Source: Prorocentrum cordatum (lineage: Eukaryota). From it: a stretch of 64,000 nt of DNA. Positions 38,680 through 52,672 of the stretch are shown here, piece after piece. Position 1 is the stretch's first letter, and the number at the start of each line of letters is the position of its first letter. The notes under the pieces are model-generated. The model worked only from the letters and a program-made list of their open reading frames with translations, ran no database searches and had not been told where the DNA came from. A program made the position numbers and the translations under genes. The stretch lies in NCBI GenBank assembly GCA_963575745.1, contig CAUYUJ010000075.1:1-64000 (forward strand). The letters run 5' to 3'.

Positions 38680-41600
38680 AAAAGAATAGACTCTACCCCC
38701 CCCCGGAATTAACGGGCCACCTGTCCGCATTCCAATTTGCATATGATTCTGCTCCATCGTCCATCTTAAATATGAATTCATGCTATCCCAACCAAGCCGG
38801 AATCGCCCCCCCCCCCCCCCGCCATCCTCTGCAACAAATGATATGCGCGCGCATTCGTTTATCAAAAACCATAAAATGTCAATAATCCCTGGCAAAATAA
38901 AGGACGAAGTGAGCACGCGCGTGCTTTCGCGCGCGCGTGCCAAAATCCTTCAAAAACCTGCGGTTCCGGAAAGATTTCAAAATCGAGTCTCCCAAAAATA
39001 TACAAAACCAATGGTTTCGCAACGCTGATCTTCTAAAAAAGCTTACGCGCGCGCTCTTGCGAAATCTTACAAAATCATGGGCTGTTCAAGAGTCTCAAAA
39101 CATACTACCAAACGGGCTTCGCGCGCGCATGTCGAAATCTTTCGAACGCCCTTGCGCGCGTGCCGTCGCGAGAACCCCTTCCAACAAATGGGGACGAAGT
39201 GCAGGCGCGCGCGTCGTCGCGCGCGCACGCCGAAATCCTTCAAAAACGTTCGGTGCCGGACGGGTTTCAAAAGCGTGTGTCCAACACACATACAAAAACA
39301 CGAGGTTTCGCAACCCGAATTTTCAACAAATGCGTGCGCGCGCGCTCTTGCGTCATCGTCGTCGTCGCCGTCCTCCCCCCTCCCTCGTCGTCGACGTCGT
39401 CGTCGCCGTCGTCGTCCTCTGTCTTTCCTCGTCGTCTTGGCGTCGTCGTCGTTTATGTCGTCGTTGTCGCTGTGGTCGTCATTCTTCCCTCGTCGTCTTC
39501 GTCGGCGTTTCGTCGTTGTCCCTCCTGTTTCGTCGCCGTCATCGCCGTCGTCGCCGTATTCCCTCCTCCCTCGTCGTTGTCGTCGTCGCCATCGTCGACC
39601 TCCCTCCTCCCTCGTCGTCGTTTTCGTTGGCGACGTCGTCGTCGTCGTCATCGTCGTCGCCGTCGTCATCGTCGCCGTCGTCGTCGTCGGCGTCGTCGTC
39701 ATCGGTGTTGTCGTCGTCGTTTTTGTGGTCGTCGTAGCAGTCGTTGGAGACTCGCCCGCAACGTCTACCGTTGCCGAAGTTGCCATAATATTGCGCCCGC
39801 CCAAGTCGCCGATTCGCAATGAAGTGCTCGCTGGTATGTGCCCAACGATCAGCGCCACCGCGGCCGCGTCGGTCGCGCCAAGCCAGCCGGCCGCTGCGCG
39901 CGCGTACTTGGGTTAGCGCAACCGCACAAACGCACCTGCCAACGCCGAGCATGCATCGCAATCGCCAACCTAAGAGTTTTGCAAGCCAAGTTACGGGGGG
40001 GTGGGTGGGATGTTTGCAAGAGCGCGGGATGTGTCAACTCGTTTAGTACAATCAATTTCACTGCGAAGATTATCCCACATGTATTCCACAACGTGTATGG
40101 TGCCTCATGAAACGTACCACTGTCACAACACACCAAAGGTCTCATAGCAGCTACCCAGTGAATATATTGCACCACGCGAATTGCACAACATGTTTTGCTA
40201 CAAACCCATCGGTTGGGGCTCACACTGGCGAGCATTCTTTCCATGATTCTGATTCGACTTAATGAGACGATGTGTCTTATTAAGAATGTACGTCTTTCTC
40301 TAAAGCGTGCTTACACTTAACGGGATCCAGCGTGTGGTCTAAAAGGAACTGGGCCAGTTTGGTGGCCTGGCGGCCATGTAGGCACTATCGCCGCCCCGTC
40401 GTCGCCTCGTCGGGCCTGTCGTGCGCTATGGCGACCATGTCGCCGCCGTCGCCGCCCCGTCGCCGCCCGTCCTCTGGGCCTGTCTGGCGCTCCGGCCGCC
40501 ATGTCGGCGTCGTCGCCGCGCCGTCGCCGCCCCGTCGCCGCCTCGTCGCCGCCCGTCCTCTGGGCCTGTCTGGCGCTCTGGCCGCCATGTCGCCGACTCG
40601 TCGCAAGTCGTTCCGTCCGCCATATCGCAGCCGTCGCCGCCGGCTCTAGATTGTACCTGTGAATTTCCCTTTTCTCGAAAGCGACAGATTGCACCCCCAG
40701 GGATTATCCCCTCTTTCGTATTGCAATCTACATATGGCTGTGCCCCCTCGTCCATCGAAATATGAACCCGTACCATCCCAGCAAAAAAAAATATCCCCCC
40801 CCCCAGTCGTCCTCGACGAAAACTATTATGCGCGCGTATTCGTTTATCAAAAATCGGTTTAAAAAATCCATTGCGTCAGTGGGACGGAATGCGCACGCGT
40901 CGTCGCGCGCGCATGCCGGAACCCTTGGAAACAAACAAAAACAATTTCTTCCGCACGGAATCCAAAACCGTCGGTCCAAACAATAGAAAAACACAAGGTC
41001 TCGCAACACGGATCTCACAACAAATGCGCGCAACTTCTGACAAGAAAACCATAGTTTATGTTCCAATTTTTCAACACATCCTGCCAATCGGGCTTCGCGC
41101 ACGCGCATGTCCAAATCGTTCGAACGTTCTTGCGCGCGCGTTGTTGCGAGAATTCTTTACACACGAAAGGACGAAATGCACGCTCGCGCGCCGTCGCGCG
41201 CGCGTGCCAGAATCCGTCAACAACCGTGGGTTTTGTACAGAATTCAAAACCGAATGTCGCAGAACCATAAAAACATATGGCTTCGCAGCAGACATCCCCC
41301 CCCCCCAAAAAAAAAAATAAGGCTCGCACTGTTGCGAAATATTTCTACGTAGCAAAATACATATCACTTTCTCACTACTGTTGATTGGATTCTGCCAGAC
41401 GGGCTTCTGGCGCCGCATGACGAATTTATTCAAAGCGCCCTTGCGCACGTGCTGGAAGGGCGCGCTTCGTTTTGAGCAAAACCACGAGGGCCAATCTCGC
41501 GCGTCGGCCGCGCACGTATGTCGAATTCCATGCGAAACCTTCGTCGCCGACGGGAGGGCGCCGTCGTCGTCGGCGTGATTAGCATCGGCGCCGTCACTTG

Positions 41601-42430
41601 CCGTGCCGTCGTCCGCATCGTCACCAGCATCGCTACTATCATCCTCGTGTTTACTGTTGACGACGTCGCCATGATATCGCGCCCGCCCAAGTCGCCGACT
41701 CGCACTGAAATGCCCGCCGGGATGTGCTCAACGGTCAGCGCCACAGCGGCCGCGTCGGTCGCGCCAAACTAGCTGGTCGCCGCGCGCAAGTGCATGCGCG
41801 GGCTGGCGCGGCCGTGGGGACGCACCAGCCAACGCCAAGCATTCATGGCAATCGCCGCCGTTCGTGTTTTGCAAGACAAATTGCGGGCGGGCAGGTTGGG
41901 TGGTTGCGCGAGCAGTGGAGTTGACAAATGCGAACGCCACCCGTGAGTCTTCTGCTCTTTGAAAACATAAATCGCCCCCCCCCCCCCGCCACCCCCACCC
42001 CAGATTACCACGTCCCCCTGGGGTGCTGAAGTTTACATATGGTTACACTCTTTGTTCATTTTCAAAACGATGTCATACCATCCCAGCTAATCCCTGCATC
42101 GCCCCCCCTTCGTCCCTGTCAAATAATACCACGCGGATCACATGCGTTGATCCATGATGCGTTGAACGCACGAATCCCTCTGAAAAGGCCACCATGCGGG
42201 CGACAGGCGCGCGCAAGACGGTACACTTCCCAAACCTTTGGGCGCGTTGCGATTTCAGCGTGGAAACATCAAACACCAAATGGTTGTTCGACCAAACATT
42301 TTCAACATGTCATACTGCGCGCTCTTGTGGATTCCTAGGACACCCACTGTTTTTCTTTGTGTTCAATTTTCCTGTCCAAGAAGGCCTTCGCGAACGCATG
42401 TCGAGCTTACAACAATGCCCTCGCGCGCAC
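38680..42430. repeat. Interspersed repeat family with gcgcgcgt / ttcaaaaa modules, 2-3 diverged copies
   Basis: atgcgcgcg.attcgtttatcaaaaa at ~38843 and ~40828, cgcccgcccaagtcgccga at ~39794 and ~41680, and gggcttcgcgc at ~39113 and ~41090. A related fragment lies at 61280-61520. Confidence 0.75.
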
Positions 42431-45400
42431 GCCATAAGCATGACCCCTCTCAAATATTCCCATGCGGGGCACCGCCGTAATCATTATTGCCGTCGGAAAC
42501 GCCGTGATCATTCTCATCGTCGTCTGTCGACGCCGTCGTCCGCGCTCACGATGAAACTTGCGGACGAGCTCCACGCTGCAACTGTATTCGCGACCTTATG
42601 AATGATGCCAACCAACCCATCGTCGTTTGTCGACGCTGTCGTCCGCGCTGTCTCCTGCAATGTGGACTTTGCCCGCGCCACGAAGGTCCGCATGCCAATG
42701 GGCTCGATGAAATTTGCGGACGAGCTTCACGCTGTAACTGCAGTCGCGGCCTTATGAACTTTGCCACCCAAGATACGGGTGGGAGGGAGGGATGTGTGCA
42801 CGAGCGTGGGAACTGGTAGCGCGCGGTGCAGCGTGGTCTACTGCACCGCGTAAGCTGAACCACGTAGATTGCATCAACTACATGGCACAATAGACTGCAC
42901 CACACAGACTGGGCCACATAGATCGCATAACATGGAATGCATAACACATATTGCATGACATGTCTTGCACATAAATGCTGAATGCGCAAAAGAGAATGTA
43001 CCACATGTATTGCACCACGTGGATTGCACAACAGATATTGCAAGACACGCGCTGTTCGGGGTTCGCGCTGGCTACCATGATTTATCCTCTCCTCGTTAGT
43101 ACTATTCCCTATCCATACTGTTGTGACCAATCTTGTGATCACCCCTCGTCCGATCCCCCCTTCAGACCGCGCGAAAGGATGGCGTCGTCACACTTCAGTT
43201 GCTGCGGCCCGCCCTTGCCGTAGGAGGTCAGCCACCGCTCCGCCGAACCTCACCCGCGCGCCGCGGGCCGCGCGACGCGGCGGCGGCATCGCCACGCGGT
43301 GCCGACGCCGCGGCGGCGGCGGGGGGGACTGATGGACGGCAGAAGCGGCAACCGCGAAAACGACAACGGCGATGCCGACGACGGTGGCACGGCAGACGAC
43401 GGTGGCGGCGACGGCGGCGGCGGAAACGACGAGGGCGACGCTGACGACGGCGGCGACGGCGGCGGAAGACGGCGGCGGAGACGGCGGCGACGGCGACGGT
43501 GGCGGCGGCGGCGGAGGCAGTTGCGGCGGCGAGGCTCAGGCGGGGCATCCGCCGCCCCAGGGGGTGCGCGCCTGGGCAGCCCTCCGCGTAGCCGAAAGTG
43601 GGCCGGCAGAGGCGCAGGGTCTGGGCGACGTCGGCGATAACGAAGCTGACGATGACAAAGGCGATGGCGACAACGTATGCACGGCGACGGCGCATGGCGA
43701 CGGCGAGGAAGGCGACGGCGGCGAAGACGACGGCGTGACGACGCATGGCGACGGCGAGGACGAGGCTGACGACGACAGCGTCGAAAACACATACATACAC
43801 CCCTACACACTTTTTTGTTGGCGGCCGCGGCCTTGCGCGCAGCGACGAGGCGGAGAAAGTCCAGGGCACACACACACAAGCACACATACACACTTACACA
43901 CACTGTGACTTACACACATACTCACCACTCACACACAACTCTCTCTCACACAGATCGTGGGCCGAAGACGGGCCCGGAATCAACCGACTAGGAGCAGCGG
44001 CGAATGAAGAGCACAGAGCGCAAGTCGGGGTGGCGAGAAAAAACAGGACACGAAACGGCTGCACTCTCATCCCTCTGCTCCCTCCCGTCGTCGCGCTCCT
44101 CCTCATCCTCTCCACCAACTGCACGCAACCATCAGACTCAGCCTGGTGCACGTCTTCGACGTCCTCCTACCCATGCACTTCCTCTGCGAGGCGGGGATTC
44201 ATCCAGAACCATCGGCTGCAAAACTGATGCCCTGGGACTCCAGCGGGCGGTGGATATGGATATGATGGGTTGGGCCACAAGGAGCCCGAATGTATCCAGA
44301 TCCACCTGCCGAAGTCCCGAAAGAACGGCCCGCAAGGCGGTGGTTATAGCAATGGTATATCTGCCCATCGGATCCTTTCAATTACCGCGGAAGAAGCAAA
44401 GGAGGAGCAAGATGGGAGGAAGAAGCAGCCGCGGAACGGCAAGAGAGCTCTCAAACCATATACGTTGATCATCAAGCGGCGCCAAAGGTCAGGCTCGTGA
44501 ACTCGAGGACGGCGCAGCGAATCCTCTTCAGACATCCAACGCCTTGACCTTTCACAACGTGGTTCTCCAGAGGTCTGGACCCCTTCTGGGGGACTGGCAG
44601 GTCGTTAGTCCTGGGGCCCGGTGAGGGCCCCCAGAGGCCGAAGATGGCCAGCAATCTGCCGTCGTCTTTCTAACGACGCGAGGATGTCGGGTCATGGCAG
44701 CCTCCTGCCGCCGCCTCCGTCGCCGCATCGTGTGCATCCTCCTCCTGCCGCCGCCGCTCGTCATGGCCACTAGCGCCAAAGCGGAAGGCCGCCGGCTGCC
44801 AGCCGCCGCGGCCGCGGGCGCGCGCCGCCGCCGCCGCCCTCGCCGCCGCCGCCTCCCTCGCCGCCGCCGCCCTCGTCGCCACTGCCAGTCAGCGGACCCG
44901 CCGCCATGCCCTTGGCATGAAACAGAAACGGGTCTGAGGCCATCCACGGGCCCTGGGAACGTCCAAAGACTACTCGGCAAGATTGACGGCGCGCACAGGG
45001 GGGTGGAGGGAGGGGGAGAGCTTCTTAGGAGGAGGCTGCTTCTTAGATGTATCTACAGATAAGGCCCGCGCCTTCGAAGAAGGAGGGGTGCTTCCGAGAA
45101 GCCCTCCCCCCTCCCCCCACCACCCTCTGCGCGTGGCTGAGAAAGAGCTGGCCCTGGGGAGAGCCGAGGGCTCCAAGGCCTGCTTCCCGCAGGACCCCGT
45201 GCCTTCATGTCGGACCTCGTCCTTCGTCGCCGCCGCCGACCGCCATCGTCGCCGGCAGCCACGGAGAACAGAGGAACGCAAATCGCATAGAAAAGCATAA
45301 CCTTTCGGATGTCCGCGCGAGTTTCTCTGGTTGGCGTTGGACCCATTTTGATGCTTGTGTTGACGACGATCACGAGGTGGACGCGTTCGCGTGGGTGGCC

Positions 45401-47757
45401 GGTGCGCTGTTTCGCGCTTCGGGGCTCGCACGAGTGGGGGGCTGGGTATGATGCGTCTTGTGGTTTGATGCTTGCGTCGACACCGAGCACGTGGTGACCC
45501 ACCACACACCGCGCCACCCCAACACCGCGCGGAGCGCGCCAGGGACGGCGGCAGAGGCGTCGCCCAAGGGTCCAGCGCAGACGGCCCGAGGAACCCGCGC
45601 GGGTACCCGAAAACTTCTGCCCCGGCTGTCTTCCTCCTCCGAAGGAGGCCGCCGGACGCTGCCGCCGAAGCGGCCGCGGCCGGCGCCCCGCCGCCGCCGC
45701 CCTCGCCGCCGCCGCCATCTTCGCCCTCCTCGCCGCCGCCGACGCGGCCGCGGCCGCCGCCGCCGGCGGCGGCGGCGCTGCCGCCCTGCGTCGTCGCCGT
45801 TGTTGCCGCCGCCGCCGCCGCCGGGGCCGCGCAGCCTCCAGAGCGCGCCCGTCAGCTCCGCCCGGCGCCCAGGCGGCGCCGGCGCCCGTGGTGCCACGTG
45901 CCTCTCGGGCGCCCGCGCGAGCAGCCCGTCGGCTCGGCCAGTCGGCTCGGCCCTTCGGCTCGGTCTGTCGGCCCGCGGCTCGTATTCGCCCGGCGCGCCG
46001 CCGCGGGGGCCACCGCGATCGTGGGCACCCAGTGGTCGATCGAGAGCAGCCTGGAGGGGCAGGACGAGGTCAGGGCCTCGGGACAGAATCGAACCAGACC
46101 ATCTCGGGGATTTCTGAGATCCCGCGGATCTGGAGGATGTATCGCGCGCCGCGGCCGTTCTGGAGCGATTCAGAACGCTGTGAGAACGTTGCGGAAGGAT
46201 CCTTCTCGGGGACGTGCAAGAGAAGGGCGTCCAGCAGGGGGGGTCGCAAATCATGGCCGGAGGCATGTGCGCGGACGACGCGGGGGAGCAGGGGACGCAC
46301 TAAAATAAGAGGGGACCACGAAATTTGGGGAGATTTCATTGCTCAGTCCATGACATTCCCCGCTAATCATCACCCCCCGCTTTGCTTGGCCGCCACCGAT
46401 GACCCCGGTCCGCCCGAAGGGGGCCAGAGCATGCCTGGCAGCTCGAAGAACTCGGGGCGGCCGATCCTCCGCCAAGCTTGGGCCTCTGGAGAGCGTGCAC
46501 GAAGGGGGCGTCCAAGAGGTAGGCTGTTGGTTCGCAGAACATGGCGCGAGGTAAGTGCGCGGCCCCAGGGGAACCAAGGGACGTATGAGGCGGCCATGAA
46601 GAGGCGGCCATGAAACGCAGGGAGGTGTCATGTCCCTGGCCATGATATCCCCGCCCCCTAGGCATCACCCCCATCTTGGAAGCCCCCGACTGGCGGCCCA
46701 AGTCCCGGCCACAGGACCCTTGGCTCAAGGGGACACCCGCCCCTGGGGGAGGGATCGAGAGCTGCGTGCGCCTACGCCTCGGAACAAACAGAAAACGAGC
46801 CGACAGACGTCTGGGGGAGGGGGAGGCGAGTGTTGGGCACCGGAATTATCCAGGATAGAACTGGTCCGAGGGCCCTCTTTGGGATCCCCACATGTGACCT
46901 GGGAAAGTCCTGGAACCATTTGATCCGGAAGAAGTCCTGCTGCAAAAACGTGCTTGCAATACCTCCGTGGGCAGAACGTGGTCCGGGAAATGTCGGCTTG
47001 ATTGTCATAGGGGAACTCTGGCGCGAAAATGGGAGGCCCGAATCAGGCGTGTGAGATGCTTCCCCCTCCCCAAACCCCTCCCCCGGAAGCCGGATCCGGT
47101 CGATTTGGAGGGGGGGGTCTATCCGTGTCGGCCGGGGGGGGTACTTTGCTTCAGAAATTCTGCTGGGAGGGCATCGAGGGCCTCAAACGGGCCAAGAGAG
47201 CCCCAAGAGACCTCCCAAACGGTCCAAGAGGGCCCCGAGTCGCCGAATCATCGTCCCAAGACGCCCAAGATGGCCTCCAGACGGCCCAAGATACCTCCAA
47301 GACGCCCCAAGAGGCTTCGACGGGGCTTCCCGAGAGTACCCCAAGAGGCCCAAATCGGTGATTTTAGAATAATGTTTTCGACATTTTTGGCTTTCTCGCC
47401 TTTTCCGGCTTCCGACGCTCGAAGACGGCCGCCACAAGAGGGCCCCAAGAAGGCCCCCACGACCGCCACAAGAAGACCCAAGAGGCCCCCAAGAAGGCCC
47501 CAAGACGCCCCAAGAGGGCCCCAAAACTGCCCAAAATGACCGCAAGACGGCCCAAGAGGGCCCTAAGAGGGGCTCAAGAAGGGCCCAAGAAGGGGACCAC
47601 GAACCGAAAAGTCCAGCTTTCCGCCCCAAGAGGCACCCAGCCCAGGCGGTCCCAAGAGGCCCCCAGGGGACCCCAAGAGGCCCCCAATAGACTCCCAAGA
47701 GGCCCAAACTATGCTCCAAGAGGTCCCCCAAAAAACCTCTTAACTGCCTCGGGCAGG

Positions 47758-47857
47758 NNNNNNNNNNNNNNNNNNNNNNNNNNNNNNNNNNNNNNNNNNN
47801 NNNNNNNNNNNNNNNNNNNNNNNNNNNNNNNNNNNNNNNNNNNNNNNNNNNNNNNNN
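47758..47857. other. Assembly gap (100 N)
   Basis: Run of n. Confidence 1.
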
Positions 47858-47906
47858 CTCCTCCTCTTCCTCCTCCTCCTCCACCTGCTCCTCCTCCTCC
47901 TCCTCC

Positions 47907-48786
47907 TTTTCCGTTTCCGCCGCATGAGCCAGCTCCTTAGTTCCTAAGGAGGCTCCGCCTTCCGCTCTACTGCCGCGCCGGGCACGCCTGGCAGATGTCG
48001 CTGACAATCTCCAGCCCTGCCTGGCTCTCGCTGGCCCGATCTGGCCAACCACTGCATCCCTTAGGGAGCCGGTCGGCCTGAATTCGCTGTAGCACTTCCC
48101 TGCCGTCCTTGTTGGGACGTTTCAAGCAAAGAGTGCCAAGCTTGAGGGCCTTGGTCGCTGCCCACGCTCCGCAATCCCCACAAAACCACAAGCCTCGGTG
48201 CAGCTGGAGGCTGTGAGTTGGGTCAAAAACCGTGGGGCGGCCAGGGCACGGGCCGTTCAACCAGGCGATTTCCTCGCCTGGGCCAGGGGCCTGCCAGCAA
48301 TTCCCACACCTCTTCGAACCAGCATTCAGGAGGTGTTGGGTTTGCTGTCTGGCCAGATTCTTCGTCTGAGCCGCAGCATGGGAGATCTTCCTACGCTCCG
48401 CTAGTCGAACAGCTCGCGACACACTACCGTATAGCTCGGTGTACTGCTCTACGATGTGCATGCCTATCTGTAGCAACAGCTTTTGCACCTTCCACGCCTC
48501 CTGGTCTGCATACCGGACGGTCTGCTGGACAGCAAAGGGAAGTTGTGCTCGCTGTGCCCCTTCATCTGCCGCCTCATCCGCCTTTTCATTCAACCAGTGC
48601 GCTAGGAGACATTCAGCTGTAGGTGCCACTTCGTGCAGTGCTTGATGAGACTTGACCTTCTTCACTGCAAAAGTCCCCGTACGAACCGCAAGTCTATGCC
48701 ACAATCTACGCCAGAGATCTGCATGCGACGGGTTGCTGGCAGCAGGGCCCTTCAGGAACCTTTTGACCACGTAGCTCGAATCCACC
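47907..48786 (-). mobile_element. 5'-truncated LINE 3' end: RNase H C-terminal half plus Zn fingers
   Basis: Open frame VDSSYVV...HADLW...KVKSH...NEKADEAA (RNase HI motifs), then CGNC...C and H...WFCGDCGAW...LC, with stop at 47967. Flanked on both sides by (GGA)n. Confidence 0.8.
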
Positions 48787-49062
48787 TCCTCCTCCTCCTC
48801 CTCCTCCTCCTCCTCCTCCTCCTCCTTCCTCCTCCTCCTCCTCCCCCTCCTCCTCCTCCTCCTCCTCCTCCTCCTCCTCTCCTCCTCCTCCCTCCTCCTC
48901 CTCCTCCTCCCTCCTCCTCCTCCTCCTCCTCCTCCTCCGCCTCCCTCATCCTCCTCCTCCTCCTCCTCCCTCCTCCTCCTCCCCTCCTCCTCCTCCTCCT
49001 CCTCCGCCTCCTCCTCCTCCTCCTCCTCCTCCTCCTCCTCCTCCTCCTCCTCCTCCTCCCTA

Positions 49063-49278
49063 CTCTTTGGACGCCCGAAATGGGTACCGAAAACATGGGC
49101 ACTATGCCCAACAGCAAATGATGTCCCAAGCCAACAGCGGCCGCTGTTGGGCGGGCGGCCTCCTGTCTCGAATGGACACAGGCGGCGGCGGCGTGGACAG
49201 CGGATCTTGTTCAAAATGAACCAGATCCGCTGTTGGGCATAGTACCCATTCTTTCAGTACCCATTTCGGGCGTCCAGA
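49063..49278. mobile_element. MITE with ~48-bp TIRs and TA flanks (Tc1/mariner-like)
   Basis: tggacgcccgaaatgggtaccgaaaacatgggcactatgcccaacagc (49068-49115) versus its near reverse complement at 49229-49276. TA at 49061-49062 and 49279-49280. Confidence 0.8.
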
Positions 49279-50532
49279 TACCCCTCCTCCCTCCCGCCTC
49301 CTCCTCCTCCCTCCTCCTCCTCCTCCTCCTCCTCCTCCTCCTCCTCTCCCTCTCCTCCTCCTCCTCCTCCTCCTCCTCCTCCTCCTCCTCCTCCTCCTCC
49401 TCCTCCTCCTCCTCCTCCCCTCACTCGAGGCAATATGATATGATGCGGTTCTTAACCCGCTGGGGAAAAAAGCATCGGCAGTATGGTTGTGCAGGAGCCC
49501 CGCCCCAATAACATAACCTTGGCAGGTCAGCATTCATCAAAAAGAACTCCAAAGACCCCCATGGAACCCTCGTCAAGCCAATCTGGTCAACCTTGCTTTT
49601 GACGGCTCATATAACAAATGCTCCCGGCCTCCCCGCACCCCGAAAAGGCATCCAAGGCAGCTGTCGCACTGTATGCTTCCACGCTGCTCCCATCAAATCA
49701 ACCCACCTGGCGATCTTGTCTGGATGGGCTGGTGGGGATAGGCAAAAGCGTCAATGATTCTCTGCCCATCGACGCCCCCGAGGAGTCCGCAGAGGGAGGT
49801 CGGACGAATGACCACCCCAGCCAGGCCTGCGCCGCGGCGTGGACCAGCCCGCACTCCGCCGCCAGCCTCGCCAAGGCCACGGGGGGAGCGGAGCGGACTG
49901 GAGCGAGTCGCCGAACGCGTCCCAGAGAACGGCCCCTCGTGCTGGACCAAGAGCTGTAAAAATCCATGGGGCCAGGAATCGAAAAATGCCTGAGCGGCCC
50001 AAGATGGCCGGAGCCGCGTCTCTCGACATCCCGCGAATCAGAACACCATGGCAGGAAACCAACACTAAAAACGCTAGCTGGGGGTCACAAAACCTAACAG
50101 GAAGATTGATCAATCTTCCTCCGCCGGGAGCGCTGCTGCTGCTGTCCCTGAGAGAGGGGAGGGCCCTCCTTTTCTGGTCCTGGGGCTAGCATTCTGAAAG
50201 CTCGCGGGTAGAGCCGCAGCCCTCAGATGGCGATGGGGATGCTGGGTAACGAAGCTGGTCAGACAATATGCGTGTGAGCGTCTTGGAGTTTCGGCCCCTT
50301 CCGCAGAAGCCAGAGGCGCAGTGGATATGGACAAACATCTGGTCCTTAGAAGCTGGATTGGTACCCATACCATATTCCCCTCGCCCCGGCCGCTTGCGCC
50401 CCTCCCCGGCAAGCCCGAGACGCAGAGGGATGTGGACACGAATCTTGTCACGCACGAGCGGGAGAGGGAGAACGGAGGGGACCGCCTTCGGTGCCGCCCT
50501 CGGCCGGGCGAGTGCGCAGGAGGGGAGGCTGG

Positions 50533-50719
50533 AAGAACAAGACACGGCAGGCACACAGACTGTTGGAGCTCCGCGCGGATTTCTCGTGTCGGCGCTCGGC
50601 CCCTCTGGCGGCGCCTCCGGCGCCGCCCCTGGAGCGCTCCATGCGCAAGGGAGGGGCGTCCAGCGCCGATCCCAGAAGTCCGCGCGGAGCTCCAACAGTT
50701 TGTGCTTGTGTCTGTTCTT
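50533..50719. repeat. Inverted repeat, MITE-like
   Basis: cacagactgttggagctccgcgcggatttct (50554-50584) versus agaagtccgcgcggagctccaacagtttgtg (50674-50704), 29/31. Confidence 0.7.
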
Positions 50720-52199
50720 TTCTTCGAGGAGGGGACGAGGAGGAGGAAGAAGAGGAGGCGTGCTATATTCACATCGACCGCCGATGGCCTCACCTAAAGG
50801 GTGCAAAAAGAGTCAAGCTCGACTGTGACCCCACTCCTCTTGGGGTGGGGTCCCTTGCCAAGCAACCTCCAACTCTCGCACCTGTGTAAAGGCCTGAGGA
50901 AGGGAAGCACAGGAGGGAGGATGGGGGGAGGAGGGTGAAGGCAGGAGGATTTTGTTTTGCAGTGCGCGTCTACAAGCCAAACATCCTAAGGGTTTGACAC
51001 ATAGGCATTAAACATCAAGGAGACTATAGTTCAATCTCGCCGTCTGGGTGAGGACCCCAATCCTTGCACAGCTTCTTCGGGGGAGGCCTCGTTTGATCCT
51101 CTGCAGCCCCTCACGCTGGTAATGTGTGAGATTAGCTACGCCTTGGCAACGGCGTCGCAAGGCTCCAAAAGAAGCCTTGGAATCCTCTGCGAACAGCAGC
51201 CGCATTGGCCACAGAGGAGGAGGAGGAGGACGAAGAGGAGGAATAGGGGGAGGAGGAAGGGGGAGGTCTAGGTGAGTCTGCGGATCTCCAAGGGGGTCTC
51301 AGGAGGCGTCCTGGAGCCCGAACGCCGGAGGCGGAGGAGGGAGGAGAGGAGGAGGGGGCTGATCGACGATTCTCGGAGGTGCCAGCCAAGACAGTGTGGG
51401 CCCGACCACAATAGACCTGCCACAAGAAACCCAACCCTGAGACCCCAGGACGTCCATCGATTTTTGATGTGGGAACGTCCCGATTTCCATGTCAAAACTA
51501 TCGATCGAAACCCAAGAAACCCAAGAAACTATCGAAACCCAAGCAAGCAAGCTGTTTCCTGGCATGGGCCCCCTCTGCACCCCATCCTGATTCCCGTACC
51601 AGTAAGGGCTACGTGAACCGAAAGTGATCGGCGTGGGCAACGTGACGAGAAAGACGACTGCCTCCTTGCAGTTGGCCGGGGTCTGGGCCCACTTACGCCT
51701 GGAGCGCGGCCGAACTGGCATGACAAAGCTGTCCTCCAAACGGGGTCGGCTCACAAAAAAAATGTGGCGGATGTCGAACGGATTGGCGTGTACGTGTTGG
51801 GTGACACGCGAGCAATGCAAAGCGAATGTCTTGAACGGGCTGTTGACGGAGTCGGGGCCTCACCAACTAAATACGTCGCCAGGTGGTCTCTGGAAGTGCG
51901 CCTTGGAATAAGTTGCAAGGCAGCATCAGAGGGGAGTCCTTGTTGCAGCCTGGCCGTCCCCAGCCCGAGTGAGCTGCCAGGAAGCCTCGGGCGACAGCGA
52001 CGCTCCAGAGTGCGAGGACGTCTCGGGTCGTAGCACCGACGCAAAAGTGCGCGGCCTGGCGTCCAGGGCTGGCTGTGGCAGGGGCCTCTGGCGGGCGGCC
52101 TCGATGGCGACGACGACGAACTTTCGAATCGTCCACTTCCCTGCGGGCGATATGGGTATCCACATCCAATGCGTCTTGGAGTGTCGGGTTCGATCTGAT

Positions 52200-52473
52200 C
52201 GTGATGATGGTGAAGGCGATGGTGAAGATGAGGATGAGGACGGGGATGAGGATGCGGATTGGGGTCAGGCTTATGATGAAGATGAGGCTGATAATGATGT
52301 CGATGGTGATGATGATGGTGATGCTGATGCTGATGCTGATGATGGTGATGATGATGATGATGATGATGCTGATGCTGATGATGATGATGATGATGATGCT
52401 GCAGATGATGATGCTGATGGTGATGCTGTGGATGATGGTGATGCGGGTGCTGCTGATGATCATGACGATGCTA

Positions 52474-52533
<60 letters not shown>

Positions 52534-52672
52534 CTGATGATGATGCGGGTGATGGTGATGATGTTGGTGACAATATCTATTATGATGATGCGGATGATGA
52601 GTGATTTTGATGGTGATGGCGGGTTTGATGACGGTGATGATGGCGACGATGGTGATGAATATGATGCTGATG
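52200..52672. repeat. Degenerate (GAT)n microsatellite
   Basis: Seen directly. Confidence 0.95.

Noticed and set aside
46718..46729. SL relic-like CCTTGGCTCAAG (also GGCTCAAG at ~33928, ~47571, ~58483 and on the minus strand at ~57440)
   Set aside because: Only 8-10 nt matches, with no TSD, ORF or A tail. Several lie in ccaag-rich satellite.
47967..49214. 415-aa ORF as a host gene
   Set aside because: The N-terminal part is MITE plus (GGA)n sequence. Only the C-terminal ~270 aa is real, and it is LINE-derived.
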